The notes below the pieces were generated by a model. That model ran no database searches, was not told the origin of the DNA, and saw only the letters and a program-made list of their open reading frames with translations. A program made the translations under genes and the position numbers. From the human T2T-CHM13v2.0 reference genome, Homo sapiens, in the NCBI RefSeq assembly GCF_009914755.1, contig NC_060929.1: DNA of 64,000 nt; one strand, written 5' to 3'. Shown in pieces: positions 13,200 to 27,254 of this stretch. Numbering within the stretch: the first letter of the stretch is position 1; every line of letters starts with the position of its first letter.

Positions 13200-13435
13200 A
13201 TAAGAGAGGGTATACTCAAGTCACACAGACCAGAATGTGAATCATGGTTCTGATGTAAGTTATGTGCCTTTGAGCAAGTCATTTAGACTTCTTTGTATCA
13301 TTATTTCTTCATCTGAAAAATAGAGATAATAATATCTACCTTTTTGTTTTATGATGAAGACTAAGGATATGATGCATGTAAAGCACTTAATCATTAATAT
13401 ATAACAAAAGCCAAGTTGTTAGTGGCTGTTATTAT
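13200..13435 (+). mobile_element. MIR SINE
   Basis: tgtgcctttgagcaagtcatttagacttc..tcttcatctgaaaaatagagataataatatctacc..gtaaagcactta. Confidence 0.65.
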
Positions 13436-13738
13436 TAAGCTCTGTCATCAGTTTCAGCATTATATTGTCTTCACCGATCAGGATCTTTTTGTGTTCTATT
13501 TCCTAGTCTAAAAATGTCTATCTTTACATTTACAATTTTTGGAAATGCTCATCTCAGCTGTTTCTTTCCACCTTCCCATTTTCTTTGTAGACTAAATTCG
13601 ATGCTCATTAGAAAAAGTAAACCTAAATCTCTTCTTTAGTTTCTACTCCCTGAAACAATTTAGCTACTTTTAATGTAAACGTGTAGAAAATTATGTATAG
13701 TTTGATAATAGAATCACCGAGCATTGGTGAAAGTACTT

Positions 13739-14038
<300 letters not shown>

Positions 14039-14497
14039 TGAAAGTACTTGTATCTCCTATTGGAACCCTCCCCACCAGCCAGACCAGATTCCTACCAGCC
14101 TTCTTCCACACAAAAGTTTCAGTTTCACCACTTTGCCTTTGCCTATCTGAAATGTCTTTTATGATATCTTCTTCCACACTGCCTAACTCTTCTTTTCTCA
14201 TACAAATCTGAATCTAATTGCACCATTTATTTTAAGGCTTATGTCAGGGGCTATATCTGAAAATTGTCATAAACTATCTCTTGTCTAGTTCTGAGCTATT
14301 CTTCAGAAATGAAGGGAAAGTATATAAAAATAAACCACAGAAGACTAGATGACTTACATTTCTTGGAAAGAAGAAGCAAGTCACATAAAAAAAGAAGTCA
14401 ACAGTCAAAATATACGGATTTGGGCTACAGAGATATCCACACTCTCAAATCTCAGTGAACACACACTTAAGATTTATGCATATTGTAGTTTGCTTGT

Positions 14498-15790
14498 TTT
14501 TGACAAACCTGACAAAAACAAGCAATGGGGAAAGGATTCCCTATTTAATAAATGATGATGGGAAAACAGGCTAGCCATATGCAGAAAGCTGAAACTGGAT
14601 CCCTTCCTCACAAGTTATACAAAAATCAACTCAAGATGGATTAAAGACTTAAACGTAAGACCTAAAACCATAAAAACCCTAGAAGAAAACCTAGGCAATG
14701 CCATTCAGGACATAGTCATAGGCAAAGATTTCATGACTAAAACACAAAAAGCAATGACAACAAAAGCCAAAATAGACAAATGGGATCTAATTAAACTAAA
14801 GAGCTTCTGCATGGCAAAAGAAACTATCATCAGAGTGAACAGGTGACCTACAGAATGGGAGAAAATTTTTGCAATCTATCCATCTGAGAAAGGTCTCATA
14901 TCCAGAATCTACAAATAACTTAAACAAATGTACAAGAAAAAAGCAAACAACCCCATCAAAAAGTGGGCGAAGAATAGGAACAAACACTTCTCAAAAGAAG
15001 ACATGTATGCAGCCAACAAACGTGAAAAGAAAAAGCTCATCATCATTGGTCATTAGAGAAAGGCAAATCAAAACCACAATGACATACCATCTCACGCCAG
15101 TTAGAATGGCAATCATTAAAAAGTCAGGAAACAACAGGTCCTGGAGAGGATGTGGAGAAAAAGGAATGCTTTTACACTGTTGGTGGAAGTGTAAATTAGT
15201 TCAACCATTGTGGAAGACAGTGTAGTGATTCCTCAAGCATCTAGAACCAGAAATACCATTCGACCCAGCAATCCCATTACTGGGTATACCCAAAGAATTA
15301 TAAATCACTCTACTATAAAGACACATGCACATGTATGTTTACTGAGGCACTGTTCACAACAGCAAAGACTTGGAACCAACCCAAATGCCCATCAACAATA
15401 GACTGGATAAAGGAAATGTGGCACATATACACCATGGAGTACTATGCAGCCATAAAAAGGATGAGTTCATATCCTTTGCAGGGACATGGATGAAGCTGGA
15501 AACCATCATTTTCAGCAAACTAACACAAGAACAGAAAACCAAACATTGCATGTTCTCACTCATAAGTGGGAGTTGAACAATGAGAACACATAGACACAGG
15601 GAGGGGAACATCACGCACTGGGGCCTGTTGGGGGGTGAAGGGTATAGGGGAGAGACAGCATTAGGAGAAATACCTAATGTAGATGACAGGTTGATGGGTG
15701 CAGCAAACCACCACGACACGCGTATACCTATGTAACAAACCTGCATGTTATGCACATGTACCCCAGAACTTAAAGTATAATTTTAAAAAA
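14498..15790 (+). mobile_element. 5'-truncated L1PA (older primate subfamily): ORF2 C-terminus and 3' UTR
   Basis: Translates to L1 ORF2 C-terminal peptides ([18 protein letters not shown]; [16 protein letters not shown]); L1 3' UTR ends ccccagaacttaaagtataa plus A-rich tail. Confidence 0.93.
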
Positions 15791-16206
15791 TGGCAAAACA
15801 CACACAGAGAGATTGTGTCAACAGGGTCAGATATTTGCAATTGTTTATGTTCCTCATTTTTGTGATATCCAGTACAAAACATGCTGTTTCACATATGGTT
15901 TGTATTCAAACTTCAAAGCATAAAAAGATAGTTCGTTTGATCTCAACATCCATATTATTATACCTTCAGATGACAATGGCAGCATTGTTAAAATTAAATC
16001 ATTCCAAATCTTTAACCATTAACTGTCCTTATTCCTCCACTACAATTGATGCCAAGACACTTATTTCTTTTCTCTTCTTACTTGTTTTTGAAGTTAAATT
16101 CGTGACAAAAATGATGTGGTATGTCAATGATTAGGCTTGAGTGAAAGGGGTTCTCTGGAGCCTTCCTGTCTGTTTATGACAATGTGAAGGTTTTTTTAAG
16201 CAAAAT

Positions 16207-16239
16207 ACACACACATACACACACACACACACACACACA
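16207..16239. repeat. (CA)n microsatellite
   Basis: CA run with one TA interruption. Confidence 0.9.
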
Positions 16240-16899
16240 GAAAAGTTAAAAAGGGTACAACATGGGGAAAAAAGGTCAGAGAAAAAATAACTAAGATAAA
16301 CATTGAAATAACTCGTTACTATATGTCAACTAACCCATTCACTGAGTTTAAATTTACTGAATTTAAATTTAAGATACTTAGTATCAATCCCATTTTCTAA
16401 ACTATATACTACATAATTATGATAAATTGAGTGACATGAATGTAGATGTTGAATTGGACAGATTAGTCTTATATATTTGGTGACATCAGAAATAGAAATA
16501 TTCATAATTCAAAAAAGCCTTAAGCGAATGTTTAGAGGGTGACATGCATCAGCCATAATTTCCAGCATGTGCACTATTATGTTAATTTTGTGATGGGACT
16601 ACCGTTTAATCCTGAGAAGGCCTGTGTTCAAATGGGCTGACTAACTCTCCACTGGACATCTAATGAACTGCTTTTTTCTTTCTTGGACTTTCTTTTTTCT
16701 TCTAGCTTTAGCACCTGTGACTTTTTAAAATGTTAATTTCAGTTCTGCAGTTTGAGTAAAGGGAGAGATAGGCAGAACAGATTTCCCCTGATTTAGTTAG
16801 AGAAGATATAGACCTAATAAAAACAGGTACTCTTAATGGCCCAGTTTAGTTCACTGCAGCTACCCTTCAGATTAGATGAGCATACTAAAAGAATCCAAG

Positions 16900-19690
16900 T
16901 AATAAAGCACAGCTATGTGTCTGCTTGGAATCATTCTACATCACTTTGGATAATATTGTCACCTTAGCAATAAATTTTCCAATCCATGAGTGGAAGATGT
17001 CTTGTGATGTATTTATGTCTTCTCTAGTTTCTATCACAGTGATCTGTAGTTTTCTTTCATAATTGAGATTTTATTGGATGTGTTGAAGGTCAGTACAAAG
17101 ACATTTCAATTTGTACACAATTCTTAAGATACAAACTGAAAATCTAAAAAGCCATGCATTGTAATTGTTTAAAAAAGTTATTCCAGTGGCTTTCTAACTT
17201 AAAATTTGGAGGCAAATTTTCCTTAAGAGGCTATAAAGTCCCAGTATGTTCACATGTTGATAAGTTATTACGTATGTCCCACCAATTCACAGTCTAATAC
17301 ACATACTATGTACTCAAAACTTTAATCTTTCACAGCACATTGACAAAGGTTTTAGGAAAACAGGACTACCATGACCAAAAAGATGTTACAGAGTGTACAC
17401 AATTCTGACAGGAAGAGCCATAATCAAGAGTGGTTTTCTTCAGGAAACAAACAATTCTACGAAAAACAGCATGGGAATAGATGTAATTTAAAATGTTGAA
17501 GACATTAAATGCAGGACTGTGACTCCATATTGCCATTTAGTGTATGCGTTGTATTAGAGGATGTAAAAACTAACCCACCATCTATAGAATGTTAAGCTGA
17601 CATCTAAGACAGTCAACGCCTCCCATAATTCAATATCCCACACTAGTTTCTGGTTGTACCCAAAATAACTACCAGTGAACCATTTCACCTCTTAAATAAA
17701 AAGCACTTACACTTAAGTAATGGGAAGGTGAGATTCCCTCCTTCTTAAATATGTTTCTAGAGCTATTAAAAAACTTGCATTTACAAAATAGTTGATTAAA
17801 ATATTCCTTTGGGTTGTACATGTAGAGAGACAAGGACCACTGATAAAACATGGTATATAGTTTTAATCAGACCTGGCTTCTTTCTCTCTGGCTTCATTAG
17901 AAGCTGGACTCTTCTCGGTTTTAGTTTCTCCATTTTAAGCAGGTAAATATTCTGGTTACATCTTTGGCCTGTTTTCTCTTTGCTCCCGCTTTCTCCTTTT
18001 CATTTTTCACTTTTTTTGGTCTGAAGATTTATCCTTTCCTGGTGCCTTTTTCGGCTTTGTTTCTGCTTTTGAAGGAGTAGGTTCACCTGACAACTAGGCA
18101 GATCTTGGGATCTTCCCTCACCACCCCTTCATTAGGCTGAGCTGACCTTCTTTTAGGCATCTTTGCCTTTGGGAGGACAAGTGCTGGGTGCCTGCAGCTC
18201 CCAGCGCACCAAAAGCCTTGGTGAAGCTGAGCTGCCCGGCCACTGCCACTCCTCCTGCAGACGAAGGAACTGAGAACCACAGGGACAGTGGAAGAGGATG
18301 GAACCGGTAGTTTTCAATATACTAGGCTTTCACCTCTTTATTAAATTTATTTCTAAGTATTTTAATCTTTTCGATGCTATTGTAAGTGAACTTTTCTTAT
18401 TTCATTTTTTGGGATTGTTGTTAATGTGGAGAAACACAAGTGATCTTTGTGTGTTGATTTTGTATCTTGCAACTTTGATATTTTTATTAGCTTTAAAAGT
18501 TCTTGTTATAGAATCTTTAGGGTACTGCATATAAGATCATGTCATCTGCAAACATAAATAATTTAATTTTTTGCTTTCAAATTTGGATGTATTTTATTGC
18601 TTTTTCTTACCTAGTTTCTCTGGCTAGAACTTCCAATTCCGTATTGAATAGAAGCAGTAAAAATAGGCATCCTTATCTTGTTCCTCTCTTAAGGAAAAAG
18701 CTTTCATTCTTTATCCACCGTGTTTGATGTTAGCTGTGAGTTTGTTATATATGGCCTTTATTAAGTTGAGAAAGCTTCCTTGTATCCCTAGTTTATTAAG
18801 TGTTTTTATCATAAAGTCATGTTGAATTTTGTCAAATATGCTTCAATTGAGATGATCATGAGCTTTTTTTCTCCCTTTTTTTCTACTAATTTCGTGTATT
18901 TCATTGGCTGAACTTTATATGGTGAACCATTCTTGCAGCAAAGAATAAATCCCACTTGGTCATGGTATATGATCCTTTTAATATGCTGCTGAATATGGTT
19001 TGCTAGTATTTTGTTGAGCAATTTTTGCATCAATATTCATAGAAGTTATTGGTCTGTAGTTTTCTTTTTTGTGTACTCTCTTTACCTATCTTTAATATCA
19101 GGGTAATACAGGGCTCACAGAGAGAGTTAGACTGTTCCTTTTTAATATTTGGGGAAAAATGGTGTTAATTCTTCTTTAAATGTTTGGCAGAATTCAATAG
19201 TTAAGTCATCTGATCAAGAATTTTTCTTCAATAGGTGGTTTTGATTACTGATTAAATCTTGTAGTTATAGGTTTAGTCAGATATTCTATTTATTCATAAT
19301 TAAATTTTGGTAGATTGTGTGTTTCCAGAAACTCATTCGTTTTATTTAGTTAATCTAATTTGTTGGCATACAATTGTTCATAGTATTCTCTTAATTTTCA
19401 AAAATTTCTGTAAGATTCGTATTAATATATAACTTTTATTACTGATCTTAGTAATTTGAGAGCTCTCTTTTTTCTCTTAGTCAATATATCTAAAGCTTCA
19501 TCAATTTTGAAAAGCCATGTTTTGGTTTTGTGGATTTTTTCCATTGTTTTTCTAGTCTCTATTTCATGTATCTTTACTTTCATCATTACTTTTTTCCTTT
19601 CTTCAGTTAGCTTTGGATTTAGATTGCCTTCTTTGTCTAGTCATTTAAGTTATACAGCTTGGTAATTGATTTGAGTTCATCTTTTTTTTT
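16900..19690 (-). mobile_element. Old L1M ORF2 fragment, interrupted by the HMGN1 retrocopy
   Basis: Minus-strand peptide [27 protein letters not shown] (L1 ORF2). The L1 sequence reads through once 17055-18315 is removed. Confidence 0.82.
17055..18306 (-). pseudogene. HMGN1P16: HMGN1 processed pseudogene; CDS remnant 17863-18160
   Basis: Minus strand MPKRR...EG..EDPK...LPA*NGETKTEKSPASNEAREKEARSD* matches HMGN1 with frameshifts and stops. Intronless, with 5' and long 3' UTR, AATAAA at 17070-17075 and TSD gtagttttc at 17046-17054 and 18307-18315. The parent is read from sequence; the P16 number is from memory of the locus and unverified. Confidence 0.88.
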
Positions 19691-20261
19691 TAATGTACCA
19701 ACATAGATATTTCATAACTACCAATCTTGTTATGAATGCTTGGCTAGTGACAAACATTTTATAAATAGTTCTATTTTTCCCAAAGAACTAATAACTTTTA
19801 CCTTTTATTTTTTCTTTATCTCTTTTGGGTAGGGGTATCTTTAGAGTAGGAGTATTCTTAGTCTTTTATTTTTTGTATCCTCAATCTGTAAGGCAATGAG
19901 TGACACATATTTAGTGCTAATAAATGGGATGTGGGATCAAGAACTTAAATTATAGCCAAATTTACATTGGAATGTTATTGGAGATTTGTTATATTTAATG
20001 GTTAACAACTTTGGCCTCTATAGTAAAGTTTTTTCAAAAATCAGATGTCTGGAGTCCAGTCTGGTGTAAAGTACCTGGTGATAGGATATTAGAAATTATA
20101 AGAAATGTGGTGACCTGTAAACTGAGTGCCCCATTAAGACAAAAACCATAGCAGCAAAGATAGAACAGAAAACATGTGAACTAGGTTCAGTCCATGTATC
20201 TCTGCTGCTTTAGAAACTCATGCTTTTCCACTAGGGGAAGGCATGTTCTAATATTAAAAAT

Positions 20262-20341
20262 TATATATGTATATATATATATGTATATATGTATATATAT
20301 ATGTGTATATGTATATGTGGATATATATATGTGGATATATA
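20262..20341. repeat. (TA/TG)n simple repeat
   Basis: tatatatgtatatatatat... run. Confidence 0.88.
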
Positions 20342-21224
20342 AACAATTTTAAACACTTGGGGAAATATAATTTGTGAATTAAATTGTTAAAAAAAGAATA
20401 CAACCAAGACGACATTTTAATCTAAAAATCTCTAAAAGGATGAAATGTGAATAGGAAATACATAGCAGTCAGAGATGTGCTGATATTCAGGAATGGAGTA
20501 AGGGTACAGGAGTGGATGCCAAAAAACTAGTAGTGAGAAATAAAGAAAATTAACTCTCAACTTTGTTGCTACAAAAGTATATGAGGTCATTTGCTGAGCA
20601 ACGAAAATGGTAGTAGTAGAGAGAATCTCACAAATCTCAGTTCAGAGTAACAATGGCAATTACCTAAATTACTTTATTATATGAATAGTTTGACTTAATA
20701 AGCACAGTCCTTAAGTTCTCATTTCACGGGAAACTGTTAGCTCACCCAATAAAATCTAACTCATTCTGTGGCACTGATCTTGTTAGATGAGCAATGCTTT
20801 GGAAAGTTTTATAGGCTTAAGCCAACGTCATTAAATACTTGCTTACTGAGTTTTTAAAGATGTATCCAGCCCCTCCTATATGTGTCATAACTAATTATAG
20901 GTTGATTTCTGGGACTTACTGAAAACTTTCTTACTGTTTTATATTCATAAACACATAAGAATCTCATAAACACATCACTGTGTATGAATTCCTTCCCACC
21001 CCTCTAAGGACACTAGCTTTTTGTTTCTAAAATCCTAGAATCTGGAAAGAAACTCACTTCAACTTGCTAATAAGCAATGTACATATATGGTTTGTAGGAA
21101 GCAGTTGTACTATTGTGCTTAGATGAGAAATATGACACAGTAGAAATACACTGAGAGGAACAGAAATGTGTAGTTTAGTAAGTAGATTGTGTAAAGCAAA
21201 AATATGTTAAAGGAGACTATTCAC

Positions 21225-22615
21225 TTTTAAAAATAGATATAGGGGGTACACCTGCATTTTTGTTATGTGAGTTTTTGCATAGTGATAAAGTCTGGGCTTT
21301 CAATGTAACCACCACCCCAATACTGTACATTGTATCCATTAGTTAACTTCTTATACTTTACCTCTCTCTCACCCTCCCACTTTTCTGAGACTTCAATGTC
21401 TATTATTCCACTCCCTATATCCGTGTGTACATATTATTTAGCTCTCACTTATAATTGAGAACATGAGAACTTGCAGTATTTGACTTTCTGTTCCTGAATG
21501 ATTTCACTTAAGATAATGGTCTCCAGCTCCTGTTGCTGCAAAATACATGATTTCATTTTTTATGCCTAAGTAGTAGTCCATTTTCTTTATGTGGACATAC
21601 ACTTATAGACACTTAGGTTGATGGTTGATTCCATAACTTTGTTATTGTGAATACTGCTGTGATAAACATATAAGTGCAGGTATCTTTTTGATATAATGAT
21701 TTCTTTTTTGTAGATACCTAGTACCGGAATTGCTGAATTGAATTGTAGTTTTCTTTTTAGTTCTTTGAAAATCTCTATACTGTTTCAACAGAAGTTGTAC
21801 TAATTTACATTCTTACTAACAGTGTCTAAATATTCCCTTTTCTCTGCATCCTCATCAACATCTGCTAATTTTTGACTTTTTAACGATAGCCATTCTGATT
21901 GGTGTAAGATTTCCCTTTACTCTGCATCCTCATCAACATCTACTAATTTTTGACTTTTTAATAATAGCCATTCTGGCTGGTGTAAGATGGCATCTCATTG
22001 TGGTTTTATTTTGCATTTCTCTGATTATTAGTGATGTTGTGCTTTTTAAAAATATGCCTTTTTGGCCAATTGTATGTGTTCTTTTGGAAAATATCTATGT
22101 TTTTTGTCCACTTTTTGTTTTTTGTTGTTGTTGTTTGTTTGTTTTTCTTGTTGAGTTGTTTGAGTTGCTTGTAGATTCTGGATATTAGTCCTTTGTTGAA
22201 TGAATACTTTGCAAATATTTTATCCCATTCTGTAGGTTTTCTATTCGTTCTCTTGATTATTTCTTTTGCTGTGAAGAAACATTTTAGTTTAATTTAGTCC
22301 CATTGATCTACTTTTGTTATTGTTGCATTTGCTTTTGAGGTCTTAGTTATGAACATTTTGCCTAGGACAATGTGCAGAAGAGTTTTTCCTAGGTTTTCTT
22401 CTGAAATTTTTATAGATTCAGGTCTTACATTTAAGACTTTAATTCAACTTTTTGTTAATTTTTTGTTTATGGTGAGAGATTGGAGTCCAGTTCTTTTTTC
22501 TACATATGGCTATCCAGTTTTCCCAGCACCGTTTAATGAATAGGGTGTCCTTTCTCCAGTGTATTTCTTGTTGACTTTATGGTTGTAGAGATGTGACTTT
22601 TATTCTGGGTTCTGA
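21225..22615 (-). mobile_element. L1PB/L1MA-type 3' portion with a ~78-bp internal tandem duplication
   Basis: Antisense L1 3' UTR start (agggggtacacctgca..aagtctgggctttcaatgtaacc) plus ORF2 3' end; 21833-21910 repeated at 21911-21988. Confidence 0.85.
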
Positions 22616-22889
22616 ATTATTGATGATACCGGTATGAGATGCAATAAGTTAGAGAGGAAAAGTTGTGAGATTCAATATTTAATATGTTAGTTGAGGATAC
22701 AAACTCTCACTTATTATTGCATATTTAGACAATAATTTCACAAATAAACTCCAGTGCCCCACAACCCTTATGCCCTTCAAGTAATTTTTCACAAAGTGGA
22801 AGCAACGATCTTTGAAATTATTTTTAATCATGATGCTTTTTATATGACTCTTATCACCTTTATAGTAAGAATAAGATAAACCCAAGTCT

Positions 22890-24140
22890 TTAGCATAAAA
22901 CTCTAGATTTGACCAAGATGCAGTAAGAGGGAGTGGTTTTACCCTCATACCTAAAACAACTAATAAACTAGACAAAATATACTTAACAATGTTTCTCATA
23001 CATTGGACACGAGGCACAGGACATTGATTCTCAAGGGAAGAGATAAATGAAGTGAGAACTAAAATGGCACCAGTTTGCTCCTTGGAGATTTTTCAGGTGA
23101 AAGCACAGGAAGCTGAAACCCAAGCAGATCTTAAATCTCCATGAGGTGAAGACAAGCAACTGGAGTTCAGAGGGCAGAATAAGAGAGGTTGGGAGCTCTG
23201 CAGTGATATCCTTTCTAGTCTTCAGCTCAATGTTGATCATGATGTGTGTGTTAGGAAACTACACGAGGCCAAGAAAAGAACCCCCTAAATGAAGTACAGA
23301 GATAATAATCCTTGGATTTCACACAGGACTGAAAATATTTTGTGGTCCTACCAGCAGAATGAAAAACTTCATAATACACGAGTAGCATGTGGAATGTTCG
23401 GCAGGGCATTGCCTCTGTAGTGTGGGGGTACAAGTGGCCCTAGAATAAAGGCTACTCTGGTTCATCTAACAAAACTTTAAAGCGAGTCTCACACACACAA
23501 AAATATCAAACCTTTTCCAAGTAATTTAATTGCATCCAGGGACAAAGATGAAAAACATTTAAAGAAAATTTTTAAAAATCCAGTGTCCAACAAAGTGAAA
23601 TTCACAATGTCTGGTTCCAAAGAAGCAGGAAAATATAGCCCATAATAAGAAAAAATATAAATCAGGTAAACAGACCCAGAAATGGGACAAATAGTATAAT
23701 TGATGATGAGGGCATTAAATCAGCTATTCCATGTGTTCAAGAAGGTAGAAGAAAAATAGAACATATTAACTAGATTCAAGGAAGATATGTATTTTTAAAA
23801 AGTGTATTTTTAAAGATGAGAAAACACAATGCTTGGAGAGGAAAATGTACTATATTGTTATTAAGAACAGATTAGACAATGCAGAAAAAAAGGCTTGTAA
23901 GCTTGAAGATACAACATTAGAAATCAACAAAAAGAAAACAGAAAAAATATTCTGAAGAAAAAAAATGAAGAGAGCATTAGTAAGTTGTGGGACTTCATGC
24001 AGCTTATAAGAAATGGTAAAATTATGAAAAATGAGAAGAAATAATGGAAATAATCTTGATTTGATAAAAACTATAAACCCATAGATACAAAGATCTTGGT
24101 GGATCTCAAGCACAAGAAACATGAAAGACACATAAAAACC
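22890..24140 (+). mobile_element. Ancient L1M 5'/ORF1 region
   Basis: A-rich degenerate ORF1-like sequence (aacagattagacaatgcagaaaaaaagg..cttgaagatacaacattagaaa; aaactataaacccatagatacaa). Confidence 0.6.
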
Positions 24141-25759
24141 TTTTTTTAAAGTTCCATCTCTGCATTCGAGTCTAACCATTACTTTCATTTCCAAAAAAAT
24201 ACAGTTTTGTTCTTATTTGTTTTATTTCCATAGCATTCTTTATTCTTAGAGTGCTGGTTATCCCTTCAAGTGCTTCAACACCTTCTAATATCTCTGAGGG
24301 TCAGGTCCTTTGTGGAGCCTGGTCATGACCATCTCTGCTCGGTCCATTCCTCCACCCTACTTCCAAGTGAATATGGTCTCTTTAGTGGTTCTCTACTTAA
24401 TTGTGTATAACTTTAATTACATTTTTTTCACCTGTTGCCTATGAGCTTCTCTCACTCATCTTTAAAATATCAATAATCAGTAGGTTCCACCTAGTAAGTG
24501 TTTGAGAGAAAAATGAAGAATGTAAGCTCTATGAATATATTTTTGTTGTTACTATATTTTCAGCATCTAATAATACCTAGAATAATCAGTCCTCAATTAT
24601 TATTTTCAAAGGAAGAAAGGACTTTTCATTGGTTCACATTTGTAAAATCAAATGGTGTCTATGTGCTTCCAAGTGCAAAACAAAAGATCCATGAGCTATA
24701 TCCTAGTGTGTATGCACCTGTGTTTGTATATATATTTGTGTGTATGTAAGTGTAGATTTGATGGTGAGAAAATATACAAATAATTAATGAAATAAAAAAG
24801 ATAATTTCAGATATTGAAAAGTATTATGATGACAATAAAACACACTGATTTTAGGTTGGAGTATTTTAAATAGTTAGGAAAATCTTTACTGAACCAGTAA
24901 TATTTGAACTGTTACTTCCGGAAAGAAGAAATGGCCATTTACTTTTCTGAGACAGTAGTTTTCCAGGCAGAGGAAACAGTAAGAACAAGAGTTCTAAGGT
25001 AAACAGTGAATGATGGATTTGAGAATGAGAAAGAACACAAGTGTGTGTGGGATATATGTACAAGGACCAAAGTCAACCTGTGAATTACTCATTAAAATTA
25101 ACAAGTAAACAAGACCAAGTAACAAGTAAACCAAGTAAACAAGAAACCATCATGCATAGGCTGACTAAAAGCAAGAGGCTGAAGGAAAGAGCCCCATGAT
25201 TCACATTCACCTTGAATGTCGAGAGTTTCTAATTCAATGATTATTGAGAGTGCCCTCTTACTTTGTCCAGTAAATCCCTTGACTTCAAAATTCCTCACAT
25301 CAGCATTTTAATTTCCCTGGTAGTTGTGACACCAAGCCATATTACTATTAATACTGTGCACAAATTGTGCAAATCATCCTATAGGTTACTGCATAGTGAA
25401 AGCTCTCTGAAACAATGCTCTACTGGAGGCAAGTCTAACATACGCAAATTGGAAGATGATGACTTGATTGTAATTATCACCATGGGCTAAACAGCGGAAA
25501 TTATGGGTATGTTACCTGTAGTACATTTCGTTCTACTTCAACATTATTTTCTGACTATTGTTCCTGTCTGTTTAAAAAAGGCCTGAAGTTTCTTTGGTTT
25601 CTGGTGTCTCTACTCTTTGGGGAAATACATTACATAATTAAGATGAGGGATGTAACTGACTACCAAATTTATAGGTACTTAGATTCATTCACATATCCAC
25701 TTAAAGTACAGCCTGTAGAATGTCAATAGTGAACTCTATTAACATATTTCCTATAAACC

Positions 25760-25838
25760 ATGCAGATCTTATTTACCAAGAAGCCATCAGGTACCCTTCT
25801 GCTTTTTATTAGTGTGGCCTGTTTATTCCTCTTTGCAG
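25760..25838 (+). other. Candidate orphan SPINK-type signal-peptide first exon (MQILFTKKPSGTLLLFISVACLFLFA|G)
   Basis: accATG at 25760, open hydrophobic frame, phase-1 donor G|GTGAGT at 25839. KPSGTLLL resembles the SPINK6 N-terminus MKLSGMFLLL. Confidence 0.5.
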
Positions 25839-26357
25839 GTGAGTTTTATGGAATTCTAGACCAGACCAGTCAATGACAGAAGCTGTAACACGATTTTTTT
25901 TATGATGATGATAAAGATGGTTAATCATAGTGACTACAAATCACACTTTTAATTTAGAAGGAATTTTTATTTATAAATTAGCTCCTTTAATTTTCACTAA
26001 AATGCTGTGGAAGAGATAGCTTTATCCAATTCGAAAAACAATGTTACATGTCAAAATGAGAAGACCTGCTCTAGGTCAAACAGGCCTTTTAATCTAGGAG
26101 TCCCAGGATTAGGAGCTATGTTCCCCTTAGTAGACCACAATTAACAACATATGTTTACAGTCAAGCTTCATCTTTAAAAAAATAAATGTATATTGAATCA
26201 GAAATTCTTATCTTAAGTCACCTTCAATAAATTATTGTCTAAAGAGCTTCAACTGCTAGAATTTTGCTGAGATCCTCCTATTTTATGAATAGCTGTTGTT
26301 ATTTTTTGCCATCTGGGTAGGCAAAGTGAAGAGATGATTAGATAGGTAAGTATATAG

Positions 26358-26364
26358 AGAAAGA

Positions 26365-26400
<36 letters not shown>
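26358..26400. repeat. (GA)n microsatellite
   Basis: Interrupted GA run. Confidence 0.85.
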
Positions 26401-27254
26401 TAAGATTAACTTGCATAACACATAGCTAAAAAAGGACAAAGTACTTGGGTCATTTGACTCCATTGCTATTGTTATTTCCACCAAGTATAATGACTACTGA
26501 AAGAAAAGCCTTGGTTTAACATCTCACTCTAAGACATGTGGACATTATCCTCCTTCTTAAATATGTGGGTGTAGTGAGCCTGCTTCAAGCCAGAATTTTG
26601 ACCTTACTCTCAAATGTGAAGGAGAGTAAAAATGGAAGACAATTCTACAGGTGGGAAAATTTCCATTATTATAAGAAAAATTTAATGTTTCAGTTAAGAT
26701 AACTGTAGCATCTAAACAAATTAGTCAAAAAGCCTTCTTAAATGATTTGGAAAATAGGTACGTAAAGAGAGACAGAGCAATCTTACTCCATGCAACCAAG
26801 AACACCTTCAACAAATAGTCTCTAAGACCTCAGAGTATGAACTTGATGCTTGATGAGAGTTTATTACTGCCCGACCTACAAGACACTCAATAACATTCAT
26901 TATTGATATTGCTATTGTGTTATATCAGCAGTACTGGAGTTAGAAAAAAGCATGGGCAGGACAGATGAGAGCACTGAGTGTTTAAGAGGCAATTGCCTAT
27001 GCAAAATACAAATGCATCTGTTGTGACCCGTTTGTTATTTGGAAATGTACTACGTTGAGTTCCATTAATGAGTATCTGCATGTGAAAATAACTTCTATAA
27101 AATTTACCTATTTTGGCGGAGCCAAGATGGCCGAATAGGAACAGCTCCGGTCTGCAGCTCCCAGCGTGATTGACGCAGAAGACGGGTGATTTCTGCATTT
27201 CCATCTGAGGTACCAGGTTCATCTCACTAGGAAGTGCCAGACAGTGGGCGCAGG

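Noticed and set aside
25820-25844. Recursive splice site (pyrimidine tract-CAG|GTGAGT)
   Set aside because: Better explained as the end of a hydrophobic signal-peptide exon; no long host intron is evident.
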